Origin: Laetmonice hystrix | Lineage: Eukaryota | Length of the DNA stretch: 64,000 bases | Direction: 5' to 3' | NCBI GenBank assembly: GCA_965235115.1 | Contig: OZ249448.1 | Location: forward strand, 19,716,001 to 19,780,000 | In this document: piece by piece, positions 11,401-24,765 of the stretch | Numbering within the stretch: the first letter of the stretch is position 1 | Layout: each line of letters opens with the position of its first letter | The notes under the pieces: generated by a model | What the model was told of the DNA's origin: nothing | The model's input: only the letters and a program-made list of their open reading frames with translations | Databases searched by the model: none | Made by a program: the position numbers and the translations under genes

Positions 11401-14400
11401 GCCTAGCAGGGGTCAATTACCTTCCCCACACAATCATAAAGGCAGTCAATTAATTTGATCTGCTTCCCGGAATTAATACCGATTTAATTATGTTAATGGA
11501 CTAAATGATCAACGACTATAAGCAGTTTTAATCTGACAGTAATTATGCAATACTTCTGTTGCGTTTCTTTAATCTGTTTCTTTATAATGTCTTTAATGGA
11601 TTTCAAATATAAACACAATAGCTTTAGATTATGGCATTTAATATTTTGTCATAATATACCAATATCAAAACTTATACAAGCGATTCAGTGTTCTGATTTG
11701 TCACAAAATTAAGTTTTACTAAAGTTTCAAAGAGTCCGTCCCTGCTGCTAACTTCGAGTTTCCTAATTTCAAGCGATTTTCTGTGATGAATTCTCTACAG
11801 AGAAATAAAATATTTTTAATCGGAAAATCAAAATGAGCAAAGCACACTCAGTGCAATTTGACAACTACTCTGCCACTCTACTCCAAACAAGCCGTAGCAG
11901 TAATGAATAACATTTTCTTTTTTTTCAAAAAAGACGGCTCAAATAAATCCAATGTCTTAAGATTTCATTATTCGACATAGATTTCTCACTTTAAAGTTCC
12001 GATTGGGCTCTCTACAATGCCTAAATAGGAAATTAATGTTTTTCTTTAGCGTAAATCAATTACTTAAATTCCCAATTATCTTCAACTTGCACAGAAAAAA
12101 CCTGATCACCCTAATAGTGTAATTACTTTAAATTACTTTCCGTAGGACTTTGAAGTGTACGACTGTTGTTGTTGGGAAGCATGTGGACACAATGCACATT
12201 AACGGGGACAATGAAACGTGATTGTCTTTGGCATGGGCCGAATAGTATCAACTGAGAAATATTAGAATTGTTACGGAAAACGAATTCCATAATGTTCAAA
12301 TTGCTGTCTATAATTTAATCCACTGTTTTGTAGAGGAAGGGGAGAAAGATCTGCATTACAAATAATAAAAGAGACTTGGAAGACTTCCAATATTTTATGT
12401 GGTGACATTGAAAGAGTTGTCGATTCGGCTGTGTTACAATGCTTGTCCTCCGGAATAACGCCAGTTTCACTTCCAAAGTAACGCTCATCTCGAGAGTTAG
12501 AACTTCTACATCTCTTGAAGGCTATCTTGATATAGCATACAACTAAAATCAAAACTCTAAGAAAACAATTCCAAACTACCGAATCAGAAAGTGATTTCCA
12601 TTACAATTATCTTCCAGTACGAATAATGATCTGTCAGCGACGACAATTCAAAAGAGCTAATAGCAGCCTCTATAGCGATTTCTAGTTCAAGGTAGTGAAA
12701 AGAAGGGCTAATCTATTACCGGTAGTTGGGGTATTTTAAATGTTAAAATACCATGAAAATTATCTGGGAATGGAACCTATCTGGACAATGCACATTTGGT
12801 TTTAGCCGAAAGCAATAAAGAGACACAAGTCGTTCAGTTAGTTTGATAGTGTTAAAACTATGACAAACCACTCTAAGTTGACAGACCAGGTTACCATCAG
12901 GTGACAATTCACTCCTCCCACAATTAATCAGAATTGATGAATAAAAATGAATATAAACCTCTCATAATCTTACCTAAATAAAGGGGGTTGGTATCTACTT
13001 TGACTCCAGATTACATGTATTTCTTTTTTACGCCTGAAATAATCATGGGACATGGATATTTGGCGGAATACCTGGCTATATATTAAATAGCATTCCTTTC
13101 ATCCATTCCTAACCTGATTTCTTTATTTTAACTTTTAGACCTTATCAGCATTACATGACAATTCCGAATCAATTATCTGACATATAATTTCTTCAAAGGG
13201 TGAGGCCGATATTCAATCAGAAGCTGGCTTTTCTTTTGCTTGGATCAACTCATTTTGTATCTCATCAAGCACTGTCTCCTGTGACTGTCATCAGAAAGAT
13301 AATGTTCTCAGAGGAAGAACAAGTAAAGAAACCAAATGAAAGCCCTTGTCATACACGAGATCCGCGTGGCTGAAGTCGATCTACTGGATGAGAACTGTCG
13401 TGTTTCACATTAAAAATCTCACTGACCCTGGCCGTCTTCACTGCCGCTGGTGCCTCCCGCCAATCTCTACCGTCATAGCAAGCAAGGAATCAGGGAAATG
13501 AGGTCACATTACGTGACCTTGTAGTTAATTCAAAGATCTCGTTCGTCCTTTCTTAGCTTGTTTTCTCATTACTGAAGTTCACCGAAGCAGTACTTGATGC
13601 ATTACTTGTCTTCGTGGTGGCAAAATGGCATCAAATGACATTTGTAGCTGATTGGCATTCAGTTTACCCCCCACTCTAAAGACACCGACGACTGTGCCAT
13701 GCAGATCTGCTCTATTTGCATAAAAGAATGCATCATCACGTCTTGAAGTTTCCTTGGGAAAATAGGCTTCGTTTATGAAACATTTCAACATCTCAAATCA
13801 TGAGTTGGATTTGTTGTGGCTGTTATCCCATATTTCGTCATCAGATTGTCAAATCGGTAGCGAGTTGCTCGTCAGGAAGCCAGTGTAAACTTTACCTGAC
13901 ATTACAAACGCATTGGTACGGCATTACGGCATCCTCAAACACCAATACCTATAATTGGCACTAGATCTTTAGTAACTACCATGGTATTCCCCCCCCCCCT
14001 ACAAATTTGTTCTCTTTGTTTTCTTTTATCACAGACAGATGCATCATTCACATCTCTTCTACATTCACCTCCGAAATAATGACCTCACAAAAACAGCGTG
14101 CATTTTGGGTGCTCCTGTAGCTTTGAAGTTAAAGTCCAGCAGCCACTGCTATGTTCAATACGAGTAAGACACAGTCGGCGCCAGTCTGGCAATAGTTGCT
14201 GATTTATAGGAGGCTTCTGACACTTTTAACATCCATGACGTCAGAAGGAAATGGCCAAATTACAGTTGTTCCTCCTACTTCTTGCCTTCCTGTCATTTAG
14301 CGTGTATCTGAGATGGCTACCTTTTTGCTGCGACATTACCACTGACGGTGCTTGTGGCCTATGATGGCCGGTGCCTGCCAATAAGGTTTCCAATCTACAA

Positions 14401-14629
14401 TGCAGGAAATTTCAACTGCTCTTATTAGAGAGAGCTGGCTGTCTCAGACATGCCTTCCTGTGCGAGTCCTGCGCCAGTGACCAATGCTGCGCCGCAACGT
14501 TCCTATAATGATCAGGCCTTTTGAACTCTTTTCTTCGTCTAATCCATCGTTAGAATTAGCAGCCATTGAAGGATGGCTACTGGGTGAAAGACGCACACGA
14601 TTCGAAGCTTGACCAGGGATTACATATAA

Positions 14630-15140
14630 TTCTGCCGTCTAAGTAGACCAAGTCAGTTTTGATGCAAGCGGCCTTTGACTTGTGCAGAGGAATGTTTTCA
14701 CTCAATGTCCACCTAATCATGGTAACGATGAATACCAAACGATGACCTCCAAAGCTACCCAAGGCTGGAGGTCAGTGGGCACACTGACGGCCAAATCCAC
14801 AGCCGCGCAGTCTATCTGAGCGAGACGCATCTCCTTGATCTCGCCTCGCTGTGGCCTCCAAAGTCAGCAGCCGGGGCGGCAGCACATCTCTACTGGATGG
14901 ACGGCCAGCGACTTTGTGATAACCTCTATTGTAATATATACCGCTGCCTATATCTAAATTGACGATGTATATGATAGTGGTGGCGATACGTGATATATTT
15001 ATCCAAACAGGCGATACTCTAAATAGCGATGCCGTTGGGATGGACTTTACGAACAACCTACCTCCCCAATCAAGTCCACTATACCGTGCTCTCTGATTAC
15101 ACTGTATTGAGAGTCCTCCGTTAGCGATTCCTGTCAAAGT
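14630..15140 (-). mobile_element. Possible highly decayed Gypsy-type RT remnant
   Basis: ORF 14772-15218 has 'VNLDIGSGIYYNRGYHKVAGRPSSRD' (cf. KLDLxSGYHQI...P..R) and ORF 14577-14762 has 'VYLDGRII'. Spacings are longer than canonical. Confidence 0.25.
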
Positions 15141-16330
15141 GGCTTCAATCACTGAGACATTATGGACAGAGAGGCGGGAATTTAGAACTAGGGCACAGGG
15201 AAGGGGCAAATTATTCAAGTACTACTTGTAGCATAGAATTGTGTGATGCATGGACAACATGCCCGTACAACTAAGATACTCGCCGTTTATCCGTTTTTAG
15301 GTTAGTCAATAAGTTAGCGCCAATGGCACGTAAGACGAGTGCATTGACACATGACTGCATCATGTTCATCATTTTGTTGTAAAAATCTGTTTAGTATGAC
15401 GGATCCATAACGACCTCCGTGAATCTCAGTAAAATTGTTTTTTGAGAGGTCTCAATACAGTTTTTGATGTCTCAATCGGAAAACATAACCGCTGTTGATT
15501 TATCCTTCGTCATAACCTTGGCAGCCACAATAGCAGTCCAACTTTAAGCACCTGGTGCCTGTGGTATGATGCGGCGGTTTCCATAGTAACAGAAGATTTT
15601 GCCAAGACATGTGAGAGTGATCTGTGATGGGCATCAATTCGCTGTCCACCTAACCAATGGCGCTGCAGTTTACAGCTATCAACTCAACCGTCAGAATAAT
15701 TCTCTTACCTGGCTTGTCGAACTCCTGAAGGCTTTACATCAAAGGGTTCAAAAACAATTGCAACGTTTACCGAGACAATCCGGTCTTCTAGTGACAATAG
15801 TGGTCAACATTGCGTCAATCATAAAGAATCAATATAACCCCGTGCGTATACTATGCCTTATAACCCTTTTCTACCCGTTTCGAAATGATTCAAAACGTCT
15901 CTGTCATTTTTTGCAAAGGTACTCCTCAAAGCAGTTTTTTTCACTATCACTTTTTCCTTTTTTATAATCCGCATAATATTCTATGAACCATTTAGTTGTT
16001 CACGCGTTCTTGTAGCATTCTGTATTCCATGCAGAGATAAGTCCGTATCGGTGCCGTAGCTTTCAGACGATAACCTTCTTGATGGATGTTCCGTTAAGCC
16101 TGCGTCCCAAAAAATATAAAAGATGCTTGGAGCCAAGATCGCTTACAAACGACATGTTCTCTGTCCTAGTTCCGGATTCTACCAGGGCACTCCACATATT
16201 GGAAACTTTTTGCTTTATTACTTGAATGATTAAAGACACCATTTAGTACATTGATTTTCTATTTAAAACAAATGGGGCAGGGCTTGGCATTTCATAGTTA
16301 TATCAATTAAAATGTTGAAATAATACATGT

Positions 16331-16666
16331 TAAGGGCCTAGTCTACTGGCCCTTCCGGCCGACCGATTTTGGTATCGTTGGCCGTGGTGGACAAAAATTA
16401 TGTATCTTTAAAGTATCACATATACATCTACCCTCCTCCAGATTGGCTGATTTAAAGTAGGCACATGTTAATGTAGAGATGACTATCTTCGAATAAATAT
16501 GTATTCGTGATTTTTTTTATTTTAGGGCAAATCATCCAAATGTCCAAATCGGCCCGACGGGCCAGTGGACCAGGCCCTTTAAGGGGCATAAGAGACATCG
16601 ATGCATTCTTTATTTTTTGTCCACCACGGCCAACTCTACCAAAATCAGCCGGTGGACCCGGCTTTA
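16331..16666. mobile_element. Composite inverted-repeat MITE
   Basis: Left arm 16331-16397 is an imperfect reverse complement of both 16544-16582 and 16614-16666 (TTTTTGTCCACCACGGCCAAC pairs with GTTGGCCGTGGTGGACAAAAA). Confidence 0.75.
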
Positions 16667-18905
16667 GGCTTTTCCTAATTAAAAGCGGAGTCAGGGTGCA
16701 GTAGCCGTAAGTCATTCTGCGGACGAGGCGTCCGTTTGAGAAGTAGGTTCCCAATTAAGTTGATAGAAATATGTTGATGGCTCTGGCCATAGCACTTCTC
16801 TATGGCTAGAGCCCGGAATAACACTTCCTGAATTTGTATTTTAGGGTCGATACTTTCTTCAAATGTTCCTGCATGAGATTGGCTTAATTGCATTATAAAT
16901 GTCTACCATAACAGGCCTCCCAACCCCCATTATACTTAGCAAATAACACTTAGCAAATGTTTTAGAGGGCAGTAATAAAAATTAGAGGACATAGAGGACA
17001 CTTTTAAAACCCCATATCACATGTAAGAATTTAAAAAAAAATTGCTTAAAATGTATGAATTATTTAAATTTCAATTTTAAAATAAAGTGAATGAAATTAT
17101 TTAGCATATACATGTACAGTATATGAAAGTACTATTGACTAAAGAAGTAAGAGAAAAATAGAAAACAAATCTGTAAAATCAGAAGAGCATTCTGCTTGCG
17201 TTCTTGACCGCTCCGTTGCCAGGTGGGCAAGATACTTTCGGCTGGGTTACGTAGCCGATCATCAGGTGCTCCTTGTCGAGGTACCCCAGGGTTGTTTCTA
17301 CCCTGTGAAGGGTGACAGGGTGCACGTGAAGCTCAAGGCAGCGACATGTTAGCTTTGATGTCCAGGTTACCATCAGGTAGCATGACCTGGCAGACATATC
17401 AGAGACTGCAATCTACCACAGCCACCTGTTCTCCAGCCTGGCAAATAACTGATATCAACCTTGTTAACTGGCCAAAAGTCCACTTAGAGCTCGACTCTAA
17501 CTTCATCCAACCTTTGACAAGGGCGAAGGGCATAGGGTGGCTGCGGGCATGTTCTGGAGTTTGGTTGTGGGCCCTAATTTGAGTACTGATGAGTCAATTA
17601 TTGCCGAAACTCTACACTGAAACCAACGACAGTAAACCTGCCATGTTGGCTCCGATATGGCCGTCAGATTTTCTCTCTAAAATTTGATGTTAGGACTCAC
17701 GGACCACTCGCGTGTAAATGTGATACTCAACCACATATAACCTGTCATCTATAGGAGATTCATTTCAGTTGAGAGCAAACAGTGTCTTTCCAAGATCAAA
17801 TATGATGCATATATATACAACATCTTTTTAAAAAACTCCTTCACCCAAGACATTGTATTATTTTCTTTCGCACTATCATCCATTCACCACAAGATCAATC
17901 AGCTATTGTTTGTGCTCCGTGGCCTTTTACTACTCAAACATCGATATTACAATACAGGGCCTCAAGAACAGTGTAGTGGGGACTCTTTGGTCACTCCCTA
18001 CTCTGTTACAACAGGCTCCTTACTTGAGCACGTCCTGGCCCGGCCCACAAACCAATGTCACAAAATCACAGCATAATAAAACGTTTTTGAAACGTTTTCC
18101 GGTATGATAAAAGAGGTCAAAAGCTTTTTAACGTATCCGTCGTTAATATATCAACAAAGATAACAAATCTGTGAACTATGCCCAAGAACTTAGAACGGGG
18201 TTAGCCTGCTTGTGTGGCATGGCAGAAATGATCGCGGAATACGCTGGCAGTGGGCTCGTCTTCAATAAAATACCTCGCTCGTCAGTGACACGTGGTGATC
18301 GAGTTCATGAAAGCCGTGAAATACCCCTGGCCAACATGATGGGGGGGGGGGGGGGGGTCTAAGCCCGAGACTATACTTTGGTATGTTTAGTATGTTTTGG
18401 TTTCACATTGTAGGTCTACAACAAAGTCCCTTGCGATTACAAGCGCAAAGCCCAAGGCCACCCTTCACTGCCACATCTGACACATGAAGGCCATGGTAGA
18501 GAGTCTATCACAAATCAAGACCTGACCACCTCCTCCCTTCATCAGTACCTTTAAAACTACGAAGGAATTCAGGACAGGAGGTGCATGAATATGAAATAAT
18601 ATTACTGGTCTACATTATAGGAGGCATATATGTCTCAGCGCGTGTACTAAAAATCGCTAAAGCGAACATAATGTAGATTACCGGTATTCTATTAAGTTTA
18701 TCTGGCCTAGATATTCGACTGCTGATTTACCTTGGCAGTATCGAACCTTAAGTAATTCCAAATTCCTTAGCACTATATTTTATATATCATGAGCAGACAA
18801 ACTTAACTACGGAGTTGAAATTATATATCATCCTAAAATTTAGCACGAATTAATCGGGAAAAAACCTACCAAACATTTGTTGGCAAATGACGCCAATATC
18901 TGCCC

Positions 18906-19220
18906 CTAAGTCCAACAGACATCAAAATTTACATGAAATTTAGTGCCAGATCTTGATGCATGTAATTTGTTGTTGTTATACTTAAAGGGGCGGTTATTGT
19001 ACAAGAACGTGAACTGTGTGTAAGCCGTTTTGAAGACCAATTCCCCTGATGACGTCATCAGGGGCAATGGTAAAGAATAAAAGAATAGGCGGGAGTGAGA
19101 CTGTGATGTGGCGCCAGATTCTAATTGGCAATATTTTTCTAAATTGAGGGTCACGTCTACAACTGAAAGTGATCTATCTAGATCGGTAAAGGTACCTATG
19201 TGATGTCAGTTGGACTTTAA
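18906..19220. mobile_element. Kolobok-like (TTAA-type) MITE
   Basis: AAGTCCAACAGACATCA (18908-18924) and TGATGTCAGTTGGACTT (19201-19217) form a 17-bp inverted repeat with 1 mismatch. Right end is followed by TAA; left flank is degenerate (CTAA). Confidence 0.6.
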
Positions 19221-20146
19221 AGATTAATGTAAAACAAGATTAGCAGGATCACAAATATTTCAAATTTGTCACACATCAAAATATGAAATCTATGCCGTCC
19301 CCCACAGACTTTCTTTCAGCACTGTATCCACACAGAATCAAAGCAAATCTGAACTCCCATCGTCGGGGCCAACACATTACAATACACTTCCCATAAATCT
19401 CAGATATGAAGGGAACGTGGCAAGGCCACTTGTGCGGGGGCGATGCCCCATTCCCTGTGTGCTTAACAGCTGTTTTGTGTGCAACACTGCGAGGTGCAAA
19501 CCTTTACACAGGGCGGAACAAGGCTCTCTGCACGAATCGATGAAGTTTTGGCAACATCTCAAAGTAGGGAGATTGGTTGGGGGCGCATCGGACTGTCTAA
19601 GGAGACAAGGGCTGGGAACGATAACACCTTGTTGAACCACAATGAAGACCTTCGATCACTACAGCTAATTGGACCTGTACACTGTTTACCAAAGGCGTCG
19701 TAAGGACATTCGACAGAAGAAAAAGCTCTATTGGTAAATGGTGAACAAGATGAAGGGAAACCCCCTCAGATAAAGGTCAGAAAGTCTGCAGTGAAACTGT
19801 GCTTCAAAAAAAACAACCGTGCCTGTCATGGTAAGCATTCTTCTGCCCATTGATGGAATTACGGCCGTTCAAATGTTACAAAGACTACTCATCTGGCCAG
19901 AATATTAATTGTGCAAGGACTATATACAATCGACATCATTCATTTCCTCATTGTCAAATCTAATACAACGCAGAAGTGGGGAGACTTCAATTCCCCCAAA
20001 TGAGTAAATATACATATTGACATATCGGGGCCAAATTTAAAGACCCCATAAGTAGTAATCTTATAACTTTGTGTAAAGCATAAAGCAAGTACAGTGTTAC
20101 AGGTGCACTACTTTATATTCATTGCACACTGCATGGGGAAATACAG

Positions 20147-20210
20147 AAAGAAACATAGAAAGAAACAAAGAAAGAAAAAAAGAAGGAAAGAAAGAAATAA
20201 AGAAAGAAAG
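20147..20210. repeat. Degenerate (GAAA)n purine microsatellite
   Basis: Read directly: gaaagaaacatagaaagaaacaaagaaagaaaaaaagaaggaaagaaagaaataaagaaagaaagg. Confidence 0.9.
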
Positions 20211-21635
20211 GTCAATTTCCTCTAAATATACATTTATTTCAGGTTCTTTGCATTCTTCAACCACTGCTACAGATATCCTTTCAAAGATCCTGATACCGTT
20301 ATCTTTTCTGTCCTTTGATCTTATTAAAAAAATATGTTGACTCCATTTAAACAACAAAATTTAACTGCAACATTGACTGCGATAGTGTTATTCTGTATCC
20401 ATCACCTATTAGGAAAAGAAACTACCTCTCTGAATGAGCAAATAATAATCAATCAATAACATAATTATTCATAGCAGAATCAACCCGCCATATTTGATAA
20501 ACCTATATAACTGATAATCTTACATAAGAGGTTTTTCTGACGCTGAGCAAAAATAGCAACAGTAGATTCCATTTGTAGCGACGCTCTAAGTCATCGCCTG
20601 TCAAAGGTGCAAACGTTGCATTAGTGTTGCCTCATTTACAATGTTGCCACAGCATACCTGAGTAACAATCTTACACAATTATACTCCAATGCCTCCCACC
20701 TCATCACCCCCTCCTAAAAAAATAATTATAGCGAGTGCTGAATGACAAAGTATTATCCAAGTCTTTGTAGCTGCGTCTTTTGTCAACTGAAAAAATACGT
20801 ATTGAAACAGCATACGCCCTTTGTGTAGTCTTGCATAGGTCACTGTTGACTACCTTGATGGCGGAGAATGGATGACAACGACAAAGTAATGGTTCCAAAT
20901 GGGTGCACACACCCCCACGTGCACGTCATGTAGAAAACAATAACAGCAGAGCTGGAAAAAAGGGAGAGAACAAATGTGAAACTCATCAGTTGTGCATGGT
21001 TGGTGTGTGAATGATGCCTGTTGTTTCGATCTTTCGCATCTTCCAGTGTGTGCTTATCAGCGAATGACTGTGTATCATTAAGGACAAGCTCAGCCTTAGG
21101 GGGATGCGCTTGTGGGGTTCGGCTGATACCGCTGCATGCCATTTGGTTGGGGTTTTTTTGGTGTGTGTGAACACATTTGATACAACTTAGACCGATATCT
21201 GCTGTAAGGACTGACAAACAGTCAGCATTTCATCACCCACTGACAATGAATGTCATTCAGTTTACATAAACCAGTTTAAAATAACTGGCAGAGCATAACG
21301 TCAGCAAATTGCATTATATTACACAAAATAGACACCAGTGCACACGGCCATGCGCAGTGAGACAGGGTGCACCCCATCCCACGATCATGAGCCGCCAAGG
21401 TGCACTTTCTGGAAGTGCTATATCTATGTTTATTATAATAACTTAAATTAGAACTATATTTTTATTCCTTTTTGCGACTTTTTTTTTGATGTTGTCAAAG
21501 TGAATCGGGAAGTTCACTTTTCCGGGAGTATCCACCAGACCGAGAAAGACCTTACATACGGGCCTGAGTATGTCGTAGGTCCTACCAACTTCCAGGAGAT
21601 ACTGCTTTATAATGCTCCAAGTGTTTTCTTTTCAG

Positions 21636-21690
21636 CTTTTGATTAAGCAGGATAAGTGTACACTCAATATAACCCGTGTCCCTATTCCAG
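21636..21690 (+). other. Candidate orphan exon (55 nt)
   Basis: Acceptor GTGTTTTCTTTTCAG and donor CAG|GTAATG; open frame LLIKQDKCTLNITRVPIP. No recognisable homology. Confidence 0.27.
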
Positions 21691-22977
21691 GTAATGGTTA
21701 CTTTCAGTGAACTGAACTGATACGTATGAAATACAATCTAAAAGGAACGGCCTCAGGCATTTCCATTCTAGAAACTCTGCAGGAGACTGTATGAGCTATC
21801 ACGACCTCAGAGCAAGTCAAAAATAGCGATTTCTTAGCACCAAGCAGTCCGCACTAACCATAATGAAAGTACTTAAAAATCTTGGAGACATTTAGATATT
21901 AACTTTGTTCCCGGTACATGATGTTATAATAATTTGATCCACGGATTTAAATTTCCTCCTAATAGGTCATCGTTGCCTCATAAGTATTTTATACTTCAAC
22001 CATGGCTTCATAAACTTATTTCAAAAGGCAACTTGCGTGTCTACATCCCAAAGACCGAATGTCCAGGTCAAATAACAACTTTGTTGAGACTGAGCTAAAA
22101 TTGATGGCATCAGCTGGTTTTATAATTCCCATCTTTCACATTTTGCACTAACGAATTAAAGAGGTTGATTGGTCTCCATCAGGGGCCCGTTTCATAACTC
22201 GTTAAGAAAATGCGTTAATTAGTACGCGCTCGTTTATATACTAGCGCGAAGTTTAACGCATTTTGCGTAACGCCGTTTCATAACTCGTAAAATGATCGCG
22301 CGTAATAAGATGTACGTTGGGTTCGTTAATATACGCATTCGTGATTTAACGCTGAAAAGGCCGCTTGTGCTTGCGAAAAATATTAAATTTAGAGATCATA
22401 CCAGGGCTGCGCCACCAATCACCACCTTGCGGTTCGATTGCGTACTACAAGATTTATTAGAAGATTATCATCTTAAGTAGGCCACAATCATCCCCAAAAT
22501 GTTCTAGTGTGAAGAGGTGAGTATAATGCTTAGTAGTGCAATCTCGTACATTTCGTCAGAGGACGCGGATGTGAAAGGAGAGGAGCTTTCTTTCCAGAAT
22601 AATATATTGTCATCAGGTTTTAGTCATGCGCCCCCAATAGTCATCTCTGGATCTGTGTTATCATAATATTTTGATTACTGTTATTTTGTAGCGCCAACGC
22701 TTACGGGCCAAGTTTTGGTGGAAGAGGATTCACAAACACAGGGGCTCACCTCCGTTGTGCCAGGTGTGGGAACCGAGGGGTAGGGGCAAGGTGGCGATTC
22801 CCCAACTTTGTATTGGCGGGAATAATATCGTTTCGCCCCAATCTAATTAACATTAGTTATTGGTATTCCGCATCTATATCGGTTGTGCCAGTGCTGTCTC
22901 CGCTCCATACCTATATAGTATGGAACACATGCGATGTAAACTGCCAAGACTCCCATTCATAGATTAATGTTCTCGTA

Positions 22978-23050
22978 GTTGTGTTAGCTCAATGGTGAAA
23001 GTGTCAAGACACATTGCATAAGGTATTTGGGTTCGAACCCTGTTCGAACT
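22978..23050 (+). pseudogene. tRNA-like pseudogene or tRNA-derived SINE head
   Basis: A box TAGCTCAATGG (22985-22995) and B box GGTTCGAACCC (23030-23040) at tRNA-like spacing, followed by a TTTTT run. Acceptor and T stems are degenerate; no clean anticodon arm. Confidence 0.5.
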
Positions 23051-23646
23051 ATCGTTTTTCTTTGCTCTCATAGCCACATCCGGGTATTTTGTATCATGTG
23101 ACCCTTTTTCCTGACATATCATTAAACCGCGCATTTGGCAGACTAACGTCAACTAATGCAGACCGTACTGTTTATAATCTACGGACCCACACAGAAGTAA
23201 GTTTATATATTCGGTTTATCTCTTTCTCATGTATTTTCGTATTGGGTCTAGTCAATTTATCAAATGTTATTACGGGTTATATTTATTGTATATTCGTCGG
23301 TTTCAGTTTTCGAACCTACAACTGCTATACTCATACCTACAACTACAACTGCTACAACGAGATATGACACGGTTGTACCGATGAACGAATAAAGGAGTGT
23401 CGAAACAATGATGTGGTCCATTCTTAAATAGACGCAACTACATGCGACATAACTAAGCTCTCATTTTAATTAGATTGAGTTTCGCCCCCTCCCTATTATT
23501 TGCCAGTTATATTTTAATAACAGAGATATGCCACTGCCAGGAAACCAAAAATGGATTCCAAGCATCACAATATTATGATGTCCTATTCAGTGGCAGCAGT
23601 AAGGAGACAAAGTTTACTTGTTGGTGCATATTTGATGAAATCACTG

Positions 23647-23867
23647 CAGTAATGCGGGGGGGTCCAGGATTTTGTAACGGGGGGTTCAGAGGTAAAATTT
23701 GCTAAGGGGGAGGGGTCAGCACGGTCAATTCAGATGTTCTATCGGGGAAAAAGAGACATTGGTTGACAAGGGGGCTTTGAAACCCCCACCCCACCCCCCT
23801 GGCGCTTTGCCGGGCCATGCCCCAGTCTCCCTCCCCCTCCAATGAAAATATGGTTCCCACGCCTATG
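23647..23867. mobile_element. G/C-run-rich MITE fragments nested in the Harbinger element
   Basis: 'GGGGGTCCAGGATTTT...GGGGGGTTC...AACCCCCC...CCCCCTGG' and 'AATGAAAATATGGTTCCCACGCCTATG' resemble ends of common small invertebrate MITEs (from memory). Confidence 0.4.
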
Positions 23868-24765
23868 GTCCCTATCCTAAAAGGAAACGAACCAAGCGTT
23901 GCTAAAATTTAAATACAAATATATGTGTTGGTGACACGAACTGTATGTAGTGTGTTCATTGCAAGAAAATATATTATCTAAATGTTTGAATGACAGGTTC
24001 TCTGGTATGAAAACCGCGATGATTCATTGTCTGCCCCCTGTCTCCTTGTTGAGCCTCTGCTAAATGACGGCTAGATAGAGAGGAGGAGGCATGTATAATT
24101 ATTGGTATCCCGCGATTAATTGCAAAATTGTGAAGACATGTTATTGCCAATACAATCCTAAACTAGATGTCCCCGGGTCACTCTGGTACCCCCATGCACT
24201 GGCATCAAGACATCTGTGAATAATGAGAAATATTTCATGTCATATAATATATGACATAAAATCTTCATTATCCACAATATCAGGATTTTGGATGGCATTA
24301 CGTTGGTGTTGCACTGTCCTAGCCGTCATATTTGTTGATGTGCTCAGTGTAAATAATGTGTTAATTGACGATACTATCGTTAATTAGCGATAAATCAGTT
24401 AGCGAAGACTTAATCCGCACCTTTTTCATCCGCGCTAAAAAAATCCATTTAACGCGGAAATAACGCAAAATTTCGCAAGTAAACGCCCGCTTTACTAGTT
24501 ATGCAACGGTTTAACGCGTTTTTCGTCGATTAACCGCGTTTTAGACCTTAGCGAGCGCACCAACTTAGTTATGAAACGGGCCCCAGCCTTGTTAATTGTT
24601 GTTCTTAAGGCGTCACAATAATCGAAAGAAATCATGACAGGGAGGCTGGTAGGGGCTAAAAACTAAATCAATCATGCTATTTATAACCCGTGGTTCTAAA
24701 GTCCCTAAATTACAATATCATATCAACAGGACATAATTACCGACATCATTAAACATTGCTGTCTT

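Larger units (their letters stand above)
22183..24583. mobile_element. Non-autonomous PIF/Harbinger-type DNA transposon (2401 bp)
   Basis: Perfect 17-bp TIRs GGGCCCGTTTCATAACT (22183-22199) and AGTTATGAAACGGGCCC (24567-24583), flanked by CAG on both sides (22180-22182, 24584-24586), the CWG-type 3-bp TSD of Harbingers. Both subtermini are rich in TTAACGC/CATAACT motifs. No intact transposase ORF. Confidence 0.88.

Noticed and set aside
18202-18374. TAG-terminated MITE containing a 17-G run
   Set aside because: The ends match over only ~6 bp; the G run may also be a sequencing or assembly artefact.
20097-20357. ORFs on both strands
   Set aside because: Artefacts of the GAAA microsatellite.
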